Shown here piece after piece: positions 50,723 to 62,680 of a DNA stretch of 64,000 nt. Under the pieces are notes generated by a model that saw only the letters and a program-made list of their open reading frames with translations, did no database searches and was not told the origin of the DNA. The stretch is from Felis catus (taxonomy: Eukaryota). Numbering within the stretch: the stretch's first letter is position 1; every line of letters starts with the position of its first letter. The position numbers were made by a program, and so were the translations under genes. The stretch lies in NCBI RefSeq assembly GCF_018350175.1, contig NC_058368.1, positions 61,692,001-61,756,000 of the forward strand. Reading direction: 5' to 3'.

Positions 50723-51203
50723 TTTGGTGATAATGTTTGACCTTTCTTTTTATTATGTCAAATGAATATAATTAATTGTCTCTCTTTTCTTATTAGAGAG
50801 TTAAATTGACAAACTGAGAAAAGGCAATTTGAAAGCATGCTTCAAAGCACTATTTACTGTGCTTCTCTGGATTTTGTGTAATTAACAATTGTCGAGTTTG
50901 AAAATTTCCTTACACATTTCTTCTAAAGACAAACTTGGCCAGCATGTTTGAGATAGATATGAAGATGGTCTCTTTCTATATGACTCTAACCTGCTGAATG
51001 AGATGTGAATGAAAAGAACATTCATCTTCTCTTTCTGGTCAAACCTGTTTTAAGTTGCTTGGACTGTTCTTTTTTGTATCTATTTGAACCATGGGACAGT
51101 GAAAGAGATATTGAACAATTTAGAGTATACACTTGGATTAAAATTAAGGATTTTTCCTAAGACTGTGAAGCTATACTCTCATCAACTAAGACCTATACCT
51201 TTT

Positions 51204-51438
51204 CTTGGTTTTCTTTTAAGTTTATTTATTTATTATTATTATTTTTTTTATTTTGAGAGAAAGAGAGCAAGAGAGCAGGGGTGGGGCAGAGAGAGAGAGG
51301 GAGAATGAGAAACTGAAGCAAGCTCTTCCCTGTCAGCACCGAGCCCAAGTTGGAGCTTGAGCTCACAAACTGTGAGATCATAACCTGAGCTGGAATCAAG
51401 AGTCAGACTCTTAACCAACTGAGCCACACAGGCGCCCC
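51204..51438 (-). mobile_element. CAN-SINE (older subfamily)
   Basis: TSD aaga(c/t)ct(a/t)taccttt at 51188-51202 and 51439-51453. Confidence 0.93.
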
Positions 51439-52290
51439 AAGATCTTTACCTTTCTTTAATTTTTTGAAGATATGATAACAGTTAAGATTAAGAAGGAAAA
51501 TACAATGAGTAACTTTTGTCTTAAAGAAAAGCAAAAACAAGGAAAATAACTTCTGAATTCAAACCTGAATCCATTTGGTAACTACATAGAAATTTCCAAA
51601 TCACACAGCAAAATAAAATGCAAAATTCCATATAAGGTAGACTCATTTCAGGCCTTCCAAAATATCAGAAACTGAATTTTATAGAATTTTAATAAAATAT
51701 TCCAAACATTCAGGTATAGTATTCAGAGACATATATCTTAGATCATCTTAGACATTATATTTACAATCTTAGATCATTTTACAAATAAAGTATAATAAGC
51801 TTTATAAATGTTGGCACATAAAGTTTTACCTAATTTATTTATACATTTAATACTTTTTTTGGATGTATACAGGTACACTATAAGTTTATAAAACATATAG
51901 TATTATATAGGATTTATGATATTAAGACATATAGGATTTAGAGGATTATAGAATTATAAAACAAGGGAAAGTGTAATCCCCCCAAACACCAATTTTTCAT
52001 TTAGGGCACCTTTTGCCATTCAGAAGAAATTAAATACTCTCTCCATTTTTTGCATATTTATTCTCTTTGAGCAAGAATATTGTCCTGTGAAAGGATAAGT
52101 AATTTCTAGCTCAACTTATTTGAATAGGTATTTTTGAACATCGTATAGCAAAACATTTCGTTTCATTATTATCCTTTAAATCTATAAATCAATGTCTGTA
52201 TTTTATAGTCTGCTGAGTAAATAACTCAGTTTAGTTAAAACTTTCACTAAATTTTGAGACTCTCCCAATAAAACCATCCCAAGAAGATGG

Positions 52291-52342
<52 letters not shown>
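52291..52342. repeat. (GA)n microsatellite
   Basis: Long GA run. Confidence 0.95.
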
Positions 52343-52347
<5 letters not shown>

Positions 52348-53033
52348 GGTGCATCAGTAAATAGAGATATGTAAATGTAGATATGTCAAATACTGCAAAC
52401 CTACTTTCTGGAAAAGACACTGACTGAATGAAGGATTAATTTGTACATTGTGTCTTCTAATGAAAAATAGAAGAATTGATTAATAAGATTCCTGTATCAT
52501 GTCTAAATGAAACTGAAATTCGTTTCGACATTGTGCTTTGAACATTTTCATTGAAGATATCAAAACCCTTTTTTTGTGAAACATTCTGGTGACACTTCTT
52601 TTTTTTTTTAATTATTTTTTAATTCCTGTGTAGGTAACATACTGTTACATTAGTTTCAGGTGTACAACATAGTGATTCAGTGATTCTATAAGTTATTCAG
52701 TGCTCATCATGATAAGTGTCCTCTTAATCCCCTTCATCTATTTCCCCCATCTCCCCATCTACCTCCCCTCTGACAACCATCAATTTGTTCTCCCTAGTTA
52801 AAGAGTCTGTTTTTTATTTTATTTTTTTTAATATATGAAATTTATTGTCAACACCCAGTGCTCATCCCAAAAGGTGCCCTCCTCAATACCCATCACCCAC
52901 CCTCCCCTCCCTCCCACCCCCCATCAACCCTCAGTTTGTTCTCAGTTTTTAAGAACCTCTTATGCTTTGGCTCTCTCCCACTCTAACCTCTTTTTTTTTC
53001 CTTCCCCTCCCCCATGGGTTTCTGTTAAGTTTC

Positions 53034-55163
53034 TCAGAATCCACATAAGAGTGAAAACATATAGTATCTGTCTTTCTCTGTATGGCTTATTTCACTTAGT
53101 ATCACACTCTCCAGTTCCATCCACGTTGCTACAAAGGGCCAGATTTCATTCTTTCTCATTGCCATGTAGTACTCCATTGTGTATATAAACCACAATTTCT
53201 TTATCCATTCATCAGTTGATGGACATTTAGGCTCTTTCCATAATTTGGCTATTGTTGAGAGTGCTGCTATAAACATTGGGGTACAAGTGCCCCTATGCAT
53301 CAGTACTCCTGTATCCCTTGGGTAAATTCCTAGCAGTGCTATTGCTGGGTCATAGGGTAGGTCTATTTTCAATTTTTTGAGGAACCTCCACACTGTTTTC
53401 CAGAGTGGCTGCACCAATTTGCATTCCCACCAACAGTGCAAGAGGGTTTCTGTTTCTCCACATCCTCGCCAGGATCTATAGTCTCCTGATTTGTTCATTT
53501 TGGCCACTCTGACTGGTGCGAGGTGATATCTGAGTGTGGTTTTGATTTGTATTTCCTTGATGAGGAGCGACATTGAGTATCTTTTGATGTGCCTGTTGGC
53601 CATCTGGATGTCTTCTTTAGAGAATCGACTATTCATGTTTTCTGCCCATTTCTTCACTGGATTATTTGTTTTTCGGGTGTGGAGTTTGGTGAGCTCTTTA
53701 TAGATTTTGGATACTAGCCCTTTGTCTGATATGTCATTTGCGAATATCTTTTCCCATTCCGTTGGTTGCCTTTCAGTTTTGTTGGTTATTTCCTTTGCTG
53801 TGCAGAAGCTTTTGATCTTCATAAGGTCCAAGCAGTTCATTTTTGCTTTTAAGTCCCTTGCCTTTGGGGATGTGTCAAGTAAGAGATTGCTACGGCTGAG
53901 GTCAGAGAGGTCTTTTCCTGCTTTTTCCTCTAGGGTTTTGATGGTTTCCTGTCTCACATTCAGGTTCTTTATCCATTTTGAGTTTATTTTTTGTGAATGG
54001 TGTGAGAAAGTGGTCTAGTTTCAACCTTCTGCATGTTGCTATCCAGTTCTCCCAGCACCATTTGGTAAAGAGACTGTCTTTTTTCCATTGGATGTTCTTT
54101 CCTGCTTTGTCAAAGATGAGTTGGCCATACGTTTGTGGGTCTAGTTCTGGGGTTTAGGTTTAGGCTGGGTTTAGGCTGCCTTTGCTGTTCTGCTTCTAGT
54201 TCCTTTAGGTGTGCTGTTAGATTTTGTATTTGGGATTTTTCTTGTTTATTGAGATAGGCCTGGATTGCAATGTATTTTCCTCTCAGGACTGCCTTCGCTG
54301 CATCCCAAAGCGTTTGGATTGTTGTATTTTCATTTTCATTTGTTTCCATATATTTTTTAATTTCTTCTCTAATTGCCTGGTTGACCCACTCATTCTTTAG
54401 TAGGGTGTTCTTTAACCTCCATGCTTTTGGAGGTTTTCCAGACTTTTTCCTGTGGTTGATTTCAGGCTTCATAGCATTGTGGTCTGAAAGTATGCATGGT
54501 ATGATTTCAATTCTTGTATACTTATGAAGGGCTGTTTTGTGACCCAGTATGTGATCTCTCTTGGAGCATGTTCCATGTGCACTCGAGAAGAAAGTATATT
54601 CTGTTGCTTTGGGATACAGAGTTCTAAATATATCTGTCAAGTCCATCCGATCCAATGTCTCATTCAGGGCCCTTGTTGCTTTATTGACCGTGTGTCTAGA
54701 TGATCTATCCATTTCTGTAAGTGGGTGATAAAGTCCCCTGCAATTACCACATTCTTATCAATAAGGGTGCTTATGTTTATAAGTAATTGTTTTATATATT
54801 TGGGGACTCCCATATTTGGCGCATAGACATTTATAATTGTTAGCTCTTTCTAATGGATAGACCCTGTAATTATTATATAATGCCCTTCTTCATCTCTTGT
54901 TACACCCTTTAAGTTAAAGTCTAGTTTCTCTGATATAAGTATGGCTACTCCAGCTTTCTTTTGACTTCCAGTAGCATGATAAATAGTTCTCCATCCCCTC
55001 ACTCTCAATCTGAAGGTGTCCTCAGGTCTAAAATGAGTCTCTTGTAGACAGCAAATAGATGGGTCTTCTTTTTGTATCCATTCTGATACCCTATGTCTTT
55101 TGGTTGGCGCATTAATCCATTTACATTCAGTGTTATTATAGAAAGATATGGGTTTAGCGTCAT
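53034..55163 (-). pseudogene. Disrupted L1 ORF2p (endonuclease and C-terminal CCHC region; RT deleted)
   Basis: MTLNPYLSIITLNVNGL start, EYTFFSSAHG..SK.DHILG, SDHNA, and C-terminal [14 protein letters not shown]; frameshifts; deletion junction near 54160. Confidence 0.93.
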
Positions 55164-55213
55164 TGTGATGTCCGTAGGTTTCATGCTTGTAGCGATGTCT
55201 TTAGTACTTTGTC

Positions 55214-56102
55214 TCACAGGATCCCCCTTAGGATCTCTTGTAGGCCTGGTTTAGTGGTGACGAATTCCTTCAGTTTTCGTTTGTTTGGGAAGACCTTTAT
55301 CTCTCCTTCTATTCTAAATGACAGACTTGCTGGATAAAGGATTCTCGGCTGTGGATTTTTTCTGTTCATCACATTGAAGATCTCCTGCCATTCCTTTCTG
55401 GCCTGCCAAGTTTCAGAATAGAGATCAGTCACGAGTCTTATAGGTCTTCCTTTATATGTTAGGGCATGTTTATCCCTTGCTGCTTTCAGAATTTTCTCTT
55501 TATCCTTGTATTTTGCCAGTTTCACTCTGATATGTCATGCAGAAGATTGATTCAAGTTACGTCTGAAGGGAGTTCTCTGTGCCTCTTGGTCTTTTTGCTT
55601 CCCCAGTTCAGGGAAGTTCTCAGCTATTATTTCTTCAAGTACACCTTCAGCACCTTTCCCTCTCTCTTCCTCCTCTGGAATACCAATTATGCGTATATTA
55701 TTTCTTTTTAGTGTATCACTTAGTTGTCTAATTTTCCCCTCATACTCCTGGATTTTTTTATCTCTCTTTTTCTCAGCTTCCTCTTTTTCCATAATTTTAT
55801 CTTCCAGTTCACCTATTCTCTCCTCTGCTTCTTCAATCCAAGCTGTGGTTGTCTCCATTTAATTTTGCAGCTCATTGATAGCATTTTTTAGCTCCTCCTG
55901 ACTATTCCTTAGTCCCTTGATCTCTGTAGCAATAGATTCTCTGCTGTCCTCTATACTGTTTTCAAGCCCAGCGATTAATTTTATGACTATTATTCTAAAT
56001 TCACTTTCTGTTATATTGTTTAAATCCTTTTTGATCAGTTCATTAGCTGTTTTTTTTTTTTTCCTGGAGATTCTTTTGAGGGGAATTCTTCCGTTTGGTC
56101 AT
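55214..56102 (-). pseudogene. Disrupted L1 ORF1p
   Basis: ORF pieces EEAEERIGELED, KRNNIRIIGIPEEEE, KEKILKAAR, PRILYPA.LSF; ATG at 56102; frameshifted. Confidence 0.93.
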
Positions 56103-57563
56103 TTTGGATAGTCCCTGGAGTGGTGCAGGACTGAGGGGCACTTCCCCTGTGCTGTCTTGAATAACTTGCATTGGTGGGCGGGGCCACAGTCAGATCTGAT
56201 GTCTGCCCCCAGCCCACCGCTGGGGCCACAGTCAGACTGGTGTGTGCCTTCTCTTGCCCTCTCCTAGGGGCGGGATTCACTGTGGGGTGGCGTGGCCCAT
56301 CTGGGCTACTTGCACACTGCCAGGCTTGTGGTGTTGGGGATCTGGTGTATTAACTGGGGTGGATAGGCAAGGTGTATGGGGGCGGGAGGGGCAGGCTTAG
56401 CTCCCTTCTCCTTAGGTGATCTGCTTCGGGAGGGACCCTGTGGCAGTGGGAGGGAGTCAGACCCGCCGCAGGAGGGATGGATCTGCAGAAGCACAGCGTC
56501 GGGTGTTGGCTTGGTGCAAGCAAGTTCCCTGGCAGGAACTGGTTCCCTTTGGGATTTTGCCTGGGGGATGGGCGAGGGAGATGGTGCTGGTGAGCGCCTT
56601 TGTTCCCGCCAAGCTGAGCTCTGTTTGGGGCTCAACAACTCCCTCCAGTTGTCCTCCAGCCCTCCCGCTCTCTGAGCAGAGCTGTTAACTTATAACCTTC
56701 CAGATGTCAAGTCCCGCTTGCTGTGGGAACACACTCCGCCAAGCCCCTCCACTTTTGCAAGCCAGACTCTGTTTGGCTGGCGGCAGCCCCTCCACCCCGG
56801 CTCCCTCCCGCCAGCCCGTGTATTGCGCAAGGCCTCGCCGCCCTTCCTACCCTCTTCCGTGGGCCTCTTGTCTGTGCTTGGCTCCGGAGACTCCGTTCTG
56901 CTAGTCTTCTGGCAGTTTTCTGGGTTATTTAGGCAGGTGTGGGTGGAATCTAAGTGACCAGCAGGACGCGGTGAGCCCAGTGTCCTCCTATGCCACCATC
57001 TTCCCTCTGATCCTGGTGACACTTCTTTGATATCCATCTAAGAAACATGTTTATTTTTTATATAGAATTTACTTACAGTGTTTTGTTTAACGTTTTTTAA
57101 AAAAAATTTTATCTATTTGTACCAGTTCAATGTATCAGTTGTGGATGTTGAAACTAACACATAACTGTATCCCACACTTTATCAACATATGGCTTTACAG
57201 AAGCTGTGTGCTACCAGATGGAAAATTGCATGTTACAGACATAGTAATTAGGTATGAACATTCTGATAAGGCAGACATTTTCTATAAGCAAAATTACTCA
57301 TTGGCAGTCTCTTAAATAAGCCATAGAGGGCATTTGGGGCCATCTACCAATAAATCTTTCCCACCTGTTTTTTTGCCAGTAATAGAACAGATCACAACTG
57401 CTTGGTTGAGCCCACAACGAAGTAGCTTGTATTTAGGAGGTGTGTGAAAAATAATTTCCACTGTCTTTAAACACAGACATCACACTCAGGAGAGTGAGAA
57501 TGTCACATGATGAGAGACTCAAGGTACTGGATTGAACTAAGGCAAAGCAATGTTAACATTTCC

Positions 57564-57621
57564 CATCTCATTTCCATTCCATGGCATGTTCTCATCTCAT
57601 TTCCATTCCATGGAATGTTCT
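57564..57621. repeat. 29-bp tandem duplication
   Basis: catctcatttccattccatgg(c/a)atgttct at 57564-57592 and 57593-57621. Confidence 0.9.
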
Positions 57622-58534
57622 CATTGAATAAAATAATCCACCAATCACTTTAAGTACATTTCTATTACTATGCGATTCCAATTGTCTTCTTCCTTTTCTC
57701 CCTTTATTGCTTCTATCCTTCCTTTTCTTCTACCTTTCTTGTTTCTTGGTACATATCCTTCAAAACATGTAAATTAAGTTTATAACTTATGTGGTGTTAA
57801 ACTAAGCTTTTCTTCTTCTTTTTTATCTATGGCACGTACAAACCAACTTTTCATTAACTCTTCTTTTTATCTCTTCTACCTGGTACTTAACTCAACGTTG
57901 AATTCCTACAACATTGCCACGTGGTAAAATAGTTTCCCATTATCTTAAAAGCTGCTTTCCAGAGCAACAAATTAATTTTTTCTCCAATCAGCAGTTAACT
58001 TCAATTTTAGTGAACTAAAAAAGAACACATGGCTCATGTATCAATATTTTCCCTCAGGGCTACTTCCTTTCCAACCAACACTCCCCACAATGGGCAAAGA
58101 GGCAGCTGGGATATAAACATTAAGAGATACAAAGAATGGTGAGAGACAATTAAAAACATTAGCTGCACAGACCACATCTTTAGTCAGGTCTGTGACGATT
58201 TCACAGAAGCTGTCTTATTGTTTCTCTGTCTGCTAATTCCACTTCAAAGATTGTTTCAGCACATTTCGAAGCCTATGAGCTGACAGGAGACGATGAGACA
58301 CAGGAGATACTCCCTTTTACAATTTTTGAAGCAAAGTTCAAAACTTGTTTGCTTGAGTTTTCTAGTGACAACAACCAGAAAAGGTTACCAAAATAGGTAT
58401 TTGGGTATTTCATGGACAATTACTCAGGTTCCTAAGACTCTTGTGAAAAATCCAATTTTAATTAGCTCAGTAGCTTTCATGTCTGGGAAAGTATTTTTTC
58501 TCCTTGTGAGAAGAAACAGAGTACATACATGGAC

Positions 58535-59391
58535 CATCACTTCTACTTTGAAATGGGCTGATAAATTTGTCCAAGCCAGAATGTGGAGGAAGGGAAATCT
58601 CTATTTCTTTAATTAGAATGGAGAGAGGTCCAGGTATGTTATGGTTCTATGCCTGTGGAGAATATTCTTATGTCAGTAATTTCAATTTAGACTGCCCACT
58701 TTCCCTCTGTCTCCTCCAACAGATGTTTTGGTGTACCTATATGATCAAAAGATTATGAGATTTTCTTTTAGTTTTGTTATTATGTCCATCTCTTGATCTT
58801 GAATTTGCTTAAGTTGCCTCTTGCTCATTCAGTATAAACCGTCTAATTTAGAATTTATTTCCTCTCTTCTTTCATCTTTTTGTCAGCTACACTGACTTGC
58901 TGACTTGCAAAGTTAGTCAGGTTTTTTTTTACAACTCATTCCACATTGTTCTTCAAGGGCTCAATGCCAAACGCTAGAATTTTCATGTGAGGGGAGCAGC
59001 TTTCTTCACAGGATATATGCGGTGCTTCTGGTGTTTGGTAGAGAAAATGCACCATATGCATCCAACATCTAGGTGGTTCTCACAGAAAAGAGTCAAAAGC
59101 TGATTGTACTTCTCAACCATAGTATGTCCTCTTGATCCCTCTGTTCTACAAAGTACCTTATCGATTTAAGTCAAATTCCTGAACTGGGATTTGCTCCTGA
59201 AGTACTTGTCTGGACAGAAAAATGGCAGACAGGGCCTGGAAAGATATTATATATCTCCTTTCAGAAAATACTGATACAGGAGTGCCAGAAGTTGTGCCCA
59301 CAGTTCATGGTCACTGGATCTTCAAGTAATCCAGCCAGATGGGGCAGCTGGACTCCTATTGGAGGTGTGCCAGCACTGTCACAAATGCCAC
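58535..59391 (-). pseudogene. TRIM60: TRIM60-like pseudogene (RING, B-box2, coiled-coil; truncated at start of PRY/SPRY)
   Basis: Manual translation: VAFVTVLAHLQ*ESSCPIWLDYL/DPVTMNCGHNFWHSCISIF*KEIYNIFPGPVCH; EKYNQLLTLFCENHLDVGCIWCIFSTKHQKHRIYPVKKAA; QDQEMDIITKLKENL; LPPHSGLDKFISPFQ/VEVM. Colinear with TRIM60 as I recall it (MEFVTALVNLQEESSCPIC...FSTKHQKH...SGLDRIIKPFQVDV). Start codon lost, several stops and frameshifts, RING Cys to Trp/Gly. Symbol is the closest family member, not proven orthology. Confidence 0.9.
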
Positions 59392-59560
59392 TGAGCCATG
59401 AAAAAAAAGGTAGTGTGTGATGTGATGCCGTCTTCATCAAGGCCTGCCTCTCTGGAGCTCCAGACCCAGTGAGAAGTGTACATCCCTCAAACCCCAGACA
59501 GTGACTCACTTCAGGCTTCACCGGCCTCACATGCTGGTGGCAGGCACTACAAGTCCTCTA
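59392..59560 (-). promoter_or_regulatory. Putative remnant promoter, first exon and short intron of the TRIM60-like copy
   Basis: ZNF143/SBS-like actacaagtcct at 59546-59557; minus-strand donor GAA|gtgagt at 59509; T8 tract (59401-59408) just before the former start codon. Confidence 0.4.
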
Positions 59561-59989
59561 AGTTCTGGAGGTAGCTGCCAAGAAGGATCCACAGCTTGCT
59601 GGTCCATTAGGGACCACTCATCCAAAGTTAAGTTCCATGGCTTTCTTCCAGAAAGTGGCTCCACTCCAAGCAAGTGAGCAATAATTTCTTTACAAGGGAG
59701 ACATGTAGATTATATAATACCTTCACCAATGACTAACTGATGACCTGGGGCAGGTGGCTCAGAGACTGTGAGGCCTGAGACCATGGAGGAGCCTCTAGCT
59801 GCAAGGGGCACAGGACACAGAACTCAGCACACTCCTGAGTACCCAAATCCTGCATCAAAGGTGATTAGTATTTCCCCAGAAGTGGCTACTGCAATTTTTT
59901 GAAGATCATCATAAGCACACCCATGCATGCATAATCTAATAGAAGCCAACTATGCCAGCTAGAACTGGAAATGCATCCACCCACAGCCT

Positions 59990-60620
59990 AAAGAGAGAAG
60001 CCTTCCTCCACTGCTTTCACCCTGGAGCCACTTCAGTCTCTTCCTAAAAATAAACCAAATTAATTGAATTAAACATTGCATGTCAATCCTCCACACCAGT
60101 GATTTTCCAAATGCGGTCACTGGTCCAGCAACAATTTCTGGGGTCACATCACAGACCTTTTGAGTCAGAAATTCTGGCAGCAGAACTCAGCAATCTCTAG
60201 TTTTGCAATCCCTCCAGGTGTTTCTGAGGCATCTGAATTTTGGCAGTCACTGCTCCTAAGAAAACCTTGCAGTGGCTTCCTCAGAGATAAGGCCAAAGTC
60301 CTTGTGACGGTCACAGACCTAACAATCTTTCTCCTCCAGTACCTTTCTCCTGCTTGTTAACCCTTTCAGACACATTGGTCTCCTGGATGTTCCTTGAATA
60401 AATTCGATTTTCTAACACCTCCTGACATTGTGCTTTATCTTTCTTTTGTGTAATACCTTCTCCTAGTGATCCATGTGCTTCAATTCCTCCTTCTTCACTG
60501 GACTGTCACTCTTCCAGTGAGATGTTTTGATCCCTTGCCTAAATTTACACCCTCCCACTGAGACTCTGACCACTAATACTTATTCCTCACATTAGAGCTT
60601 ATTAGTGATTTTCTCTTGTA
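59990..60620 (+). mobile_element. L2 fragment, interrupted by MER5A
   Basis: aaaaccttgcagtggcttcc...ccaaagtccttg...tggtctcctggatgttccttgaa...tgtcactcttccagtgag are L2 3'-region motifs. Confidence 0.7.
60097..60252. mobile_element. MER5A-like hAT-Charlie DNA transposon
   Basis: Imperfect TIRs cagtgattttccaaa ... tttggcagtcactg; internal cagaccttttgagtcagaaattctgg and ccctccaggtgtttctga. Confidence 0.8.
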
Positions 60621-61390
60621 AGTCTCCCCATTTGCCCACTTTAACAAATGTGTCCTAATCAGAAAGAGATAGATGTGTCCATTTATTTACTCTTTCTCAG
60701 TTTGGATTCAAATTATTTCGTAGATTAATGTTTGCAAGTTCAATATCGGCACTCTTATTTTCAGTGATTCTGGCATACATGCGATCTTCCTTTCCTATTT
60801 TTGGTTGTTTGTTTCCTTTTCTTAAGCCTTATCAAAGAAATTTCAGAGCAAAGCTTCTCTTTAATAAGTAGCTTTTCCCAAAGATCTTTTTTTTTCCTCC
60901 TTAATTTAATTTCTGGGATAAATGTAGGGAACAATGAATAAAGGGATGGATGGTCGGTTGTATTTGGGACAATAATATTGTCTTTATAAATAGTAAATCA
61001 AATAAAGGTACAATGGCACATGTCAGATAGCCATGGGAAGTATATTGTTTCAAAATGTTTAGGTGTTAAAATATTTTAATAGTAAGTATAGGGAATGAGA
61101 AAGCCTTTTATTTGTTAAAAATTAAAATAGGCTTTTATTTGTTCATTTATTAAGAAAATGCTTTGGGTTACAAAGCATTTTAACTGTAAATGATTTTCTT
61201 TAATTGAAATGTTAAATGGAAAAAAAGAACATGTGTTTTATATAGCTCTGAAGGCATGAGATTTCAGTTATATAAAGATTGAAATAAATGCCATATTAAA
61301 AATGTATCAGTTTTATTTATTTATCAGAATTACTTGGTACCTTTTCTTTTGTAACTTCAATATATATATATACAATATTCAATGAATAAT

Positions 61391-61434
61391 ATATATATAT
61401 GTGTATATATATGTATATATATATATATACATAT

Positions 61435-61467
<33 letters not shown>
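61391..61467. repeat. Compound (TA)n/(CA)n microsatellite
   Basis: TA-rich run grading into a perfect CA run. Confidence 0.93.
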
Positions 61468-61471
<4 letters not shown>

Positions 61472-62439
61472 AGTTTATATTCTAGTCTCAGGGTCAGCTT
61501 TTCTCTGAGGGCACCATAGAATTTCTAGAAGTGTTGCTATTAGTCTCTATTACCAGTTTCCTTTTTTTTTTTTTTATTACCTCTGTATATCTTATCTGTC
61601 TGCAGTTCTCTACTTTACTTAAAGTGAACCTTGCTGTTTTATCAACTCTGGGTATATCTGGGAATATATCTGAGTTTATTGGAAGAAAAAAAAAGATGAA
61701 CTCAAAATATGGAATATGCAATTTTCTCCACTTCCCTGAATTTTACTCAGAATGTTGTCATTTATAATCCAGATAATCATGTGTGGCTAATGCTCTTATC
61801 ACTGCAAAAATATTCATCCATAAGAATTTTATTCAATAGACAACAGTTTTTACAGAAAACACCTAAATGGTCTCATATTCCATTTATTTGTCAAAAATGT
61901 ATTTGTGTCTGTGAACCTCCTATTCTCTCCTACTACTTGAATAATTATATGCTGAACTTTCCCTTAAATAATTAGGTGCTAAACTTGATGTGTTTATGAC
62001 TCAGACTTTCTTACAACAGAATTTTTATCATCAACAACAAAAAAATGACAGATGATATATCTATTTTTAAATACATATACTCAATTCTTACTACAATTAA
62101 TGGTGGTTGTAATAAATAGGCTGACTGTAACTTCTTTGTCCAAACAGTATTGAAAATTTGGTGTACATTTTGTTTTTGTTTAGAATTAAGTTTTAAAATA
62201 TAACCAGATTATTTTTTCTGAAAATAGAATTATTATCCTACCTATAGTTATAATTGCCAGACCTAAATAATTCATTATACATTTTTTCAAGTGTTTTGTA
62301 TGTAGTGACTTTAGAGAAATAGAGACTGAGGATTGCATGAAAGAGAAAAACAATGAAGTGATATAAAGTAAAATGACTGAGGGCACACATGAACTGCTAA
62401 GTAAGGACGGCTATCACTTTCTGAGGGATAATGGCCAGT

Positions 62440-62680
62440 ATATGAGGAGTGTGGTAAACATATTGGAATATACAAAATTTAAAGGGAGGAAGACTGCATA
62501 TGGGACATTTTAATTTTGGTGTTCAAAGAAGGCTCTGTGAAGAGGTAACATGGGACAATAAGGGGATAAGAGCATGTGACACCATGACTCCAATGCCATG
62601 AAAGGTCAGTCGGATTTCTGGGGAGAGATTTAAAACAGAGAAAGGAGTCTGTGTAAAGGCCTATGCTGGGGAGATGCTAA
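62440..62680 (-). mobile_element. L2 fragment
   Basis: Antisense L2 motifs tcaaagaaggctctgtgaagaggtaacat and gtgtaaaggcctatgctggg. Confidence 0.55.

Larger units (their letters stand above)
52602..57012 (-). mobile_element. Felid L1 (L1_Fc-like) with intact 5' end, internal ORF2 deletion and 3'-transduced older L1 tail
   Basis: GC-rich 5'UTR starting gatcagagggaagatggtggc on the minus strand, ORF1 and ORF2 remnants, 3'UTR with AATAAA (52841-52846); perfect 16-bp TSD ctggtgacacttcttt at 52586-52601 and 57013-57028. Confidence 0.96.

Noticed and set aside
54150..54176. TTTAGG repeats resembling telomeric sequence
   Set aside because: Not vertebrate TTAGGG; explained by local copying of the adjacent L1 sequence gggtttagg.
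56035..57037. Cluster of 60-115 aa ORFs and CpG-island-like sequence
   Set aside because: All within the GC-rich L1 5'UTR.
58190..58230. Plus-strand DDFTEAV resembling the TRIM60 SPRY end (possible inverted fragment)
   Set aside because: Only about 5 residues match and the flanks do not extend it; likely chance.
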